DNA of 42,947 nucleotides from a virus: IMG/VR virus record IMGVR_UViG_3300045988_166496, positions 1 to 42,947 of that record; one strand, 5' to 3'. Shown piece by piece: positions 42,573 to 42,947 of this stretch (position 1 is its first letter; each line of letters starts with the position of its first letter). The notes under the pieces were generated by a model. It saw only the letters and a program-made list of their open reading frames with translations, ran no database searches and was not told where the DNA came from. The position numbers and the translations under genes were made by a program.

Positions 42573-42947
42573 TATAATACTTCCCTCTTAAAATCAAATT
42601 GTATTGTACCTGTACCTATTATCTCTATTTCATTTTCTTGCTCTAAATAAAATCTATTATCTTTATGTGTTCCTTTTTCTATTATATATTCAATACCTTT
42701 TTTTCTTAATTTCATATCACTATCACATATAATAGTAGGTATTATATTTCTACTACTTATGCTATATAATTTTATTTTTTTATATCCTTCAATATAAAAT
42801 TTTGTTTCTTGCAAAACATCTGTTAAAAAGCAAAAATCATCCCAAAGTACTTCTCCTTCTTTTTCATTTCCTATTTTAAAAGGATAACATGTAAACTTAA
42901 TCGTTAATTCTCCAATTAATCCATCTTCTTTAAAAGAATGTTCACTC
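42572..42947 (-). CDS. Distal tail protein (Dit), C-terminal part plus the duplicated overlap; the same gene as 1..442
   Basis: The frame of track ORF 42572..42814 extends upstream to the window end and matches the frame of 442..1 (42829 - 42814 = 15). Confidence 0.75.
   Translation of the reverse strand, partial: SEHSFKEDGLIGELTIKFTCYPFKIGNEKEGEVLWDDFCFLTDVLQETKFYIEGYKKIKLYSISSRNIIPTIICDSDMKLRKKGIEYIIEKGTHKDNRFYLEQENEIEIIGTGTIQFDFKREVL
42829..42947. repeat. Right copy of the 119-bp contig-end overlap
   Basis: Identical to 1..119. Confidence 0.9.

Noticed and set aside
42829-42947. The 119-bp terminal direct repeat read as a phage DTR, LTR or IS end
   Set aside because: It lies inside the Dit coding sequence, and the frame is continuous across the junction. 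HNH with P27-type terS predicts cos ends elsewhere. A circular-assembly overlap is the simpler explanation.

Overview
The window is a complete, circularly closed genome of about 42.83 kb: positions 1-119 are identical to 42829-42947. It is a very AT-rich temperate siphovirus-like element, probably from a Clostridium-like low-GC Firmicute, and it also carries plasmid-type maintenance genes (ParA, ParB, an HUH rolling-circle Rep-like protein).

Almost everything is on the minus strand and reads in one direction:
- Early and replication genes, 24.7 to 14.2 kb.
- A terminator-gated late operon: HNH, terminase, HK97-type head, then tail, 13.9 to 0.4 kb.
- Baseplate, fibre and virion-lysin genes, reached by wrapping through the contig ends, 42.9 to 34.5 kb.
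- Three small self-contained moron cassettes, 34.3 to 32.8 kb.
- Holin and endolysin, 32.75 to 31.5 kb.

The plus strand carries only a CI-like repressor, an XRE protein with a large serine recombinase, and an XerC/D-like tyrosine recombinase. A minus-strand FtsK/SpoIIIE plus replication-relaxation pair sits between the two recombinases.

Most notable observations:
1. The tape-measure gene is split by an ORF-less, structured insert of about 377 nt that behaves like a group I intron.
2. An RHH protein plus an Acb2/Tad1-like small protein form a cassette bracketed by a 10-bp-periodic GTGTGTAA array.
3. A nested mobility module: two recombinases, each followed by a plausible att region, with the FtsK/replication-relaxation pair between them.
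4. A 56-aa ORF next to the serine recombinase ends in a MiaB-like N-terminal motif, which suggests an attP inside a host-gene mimic.
5. The 506-bp region upstream of rep contains two plus-strand promoter/terminator units that could encode antisense small RNAs.
6. A 28-bp 11-6-11 palindrome has arms (TATTGCGAA) that recur at regulatory-looking sites.

No rRNA, tRNA or CRISPR array was seen. All family assignments come from motif recognition by eye and need profile searches to confirm.
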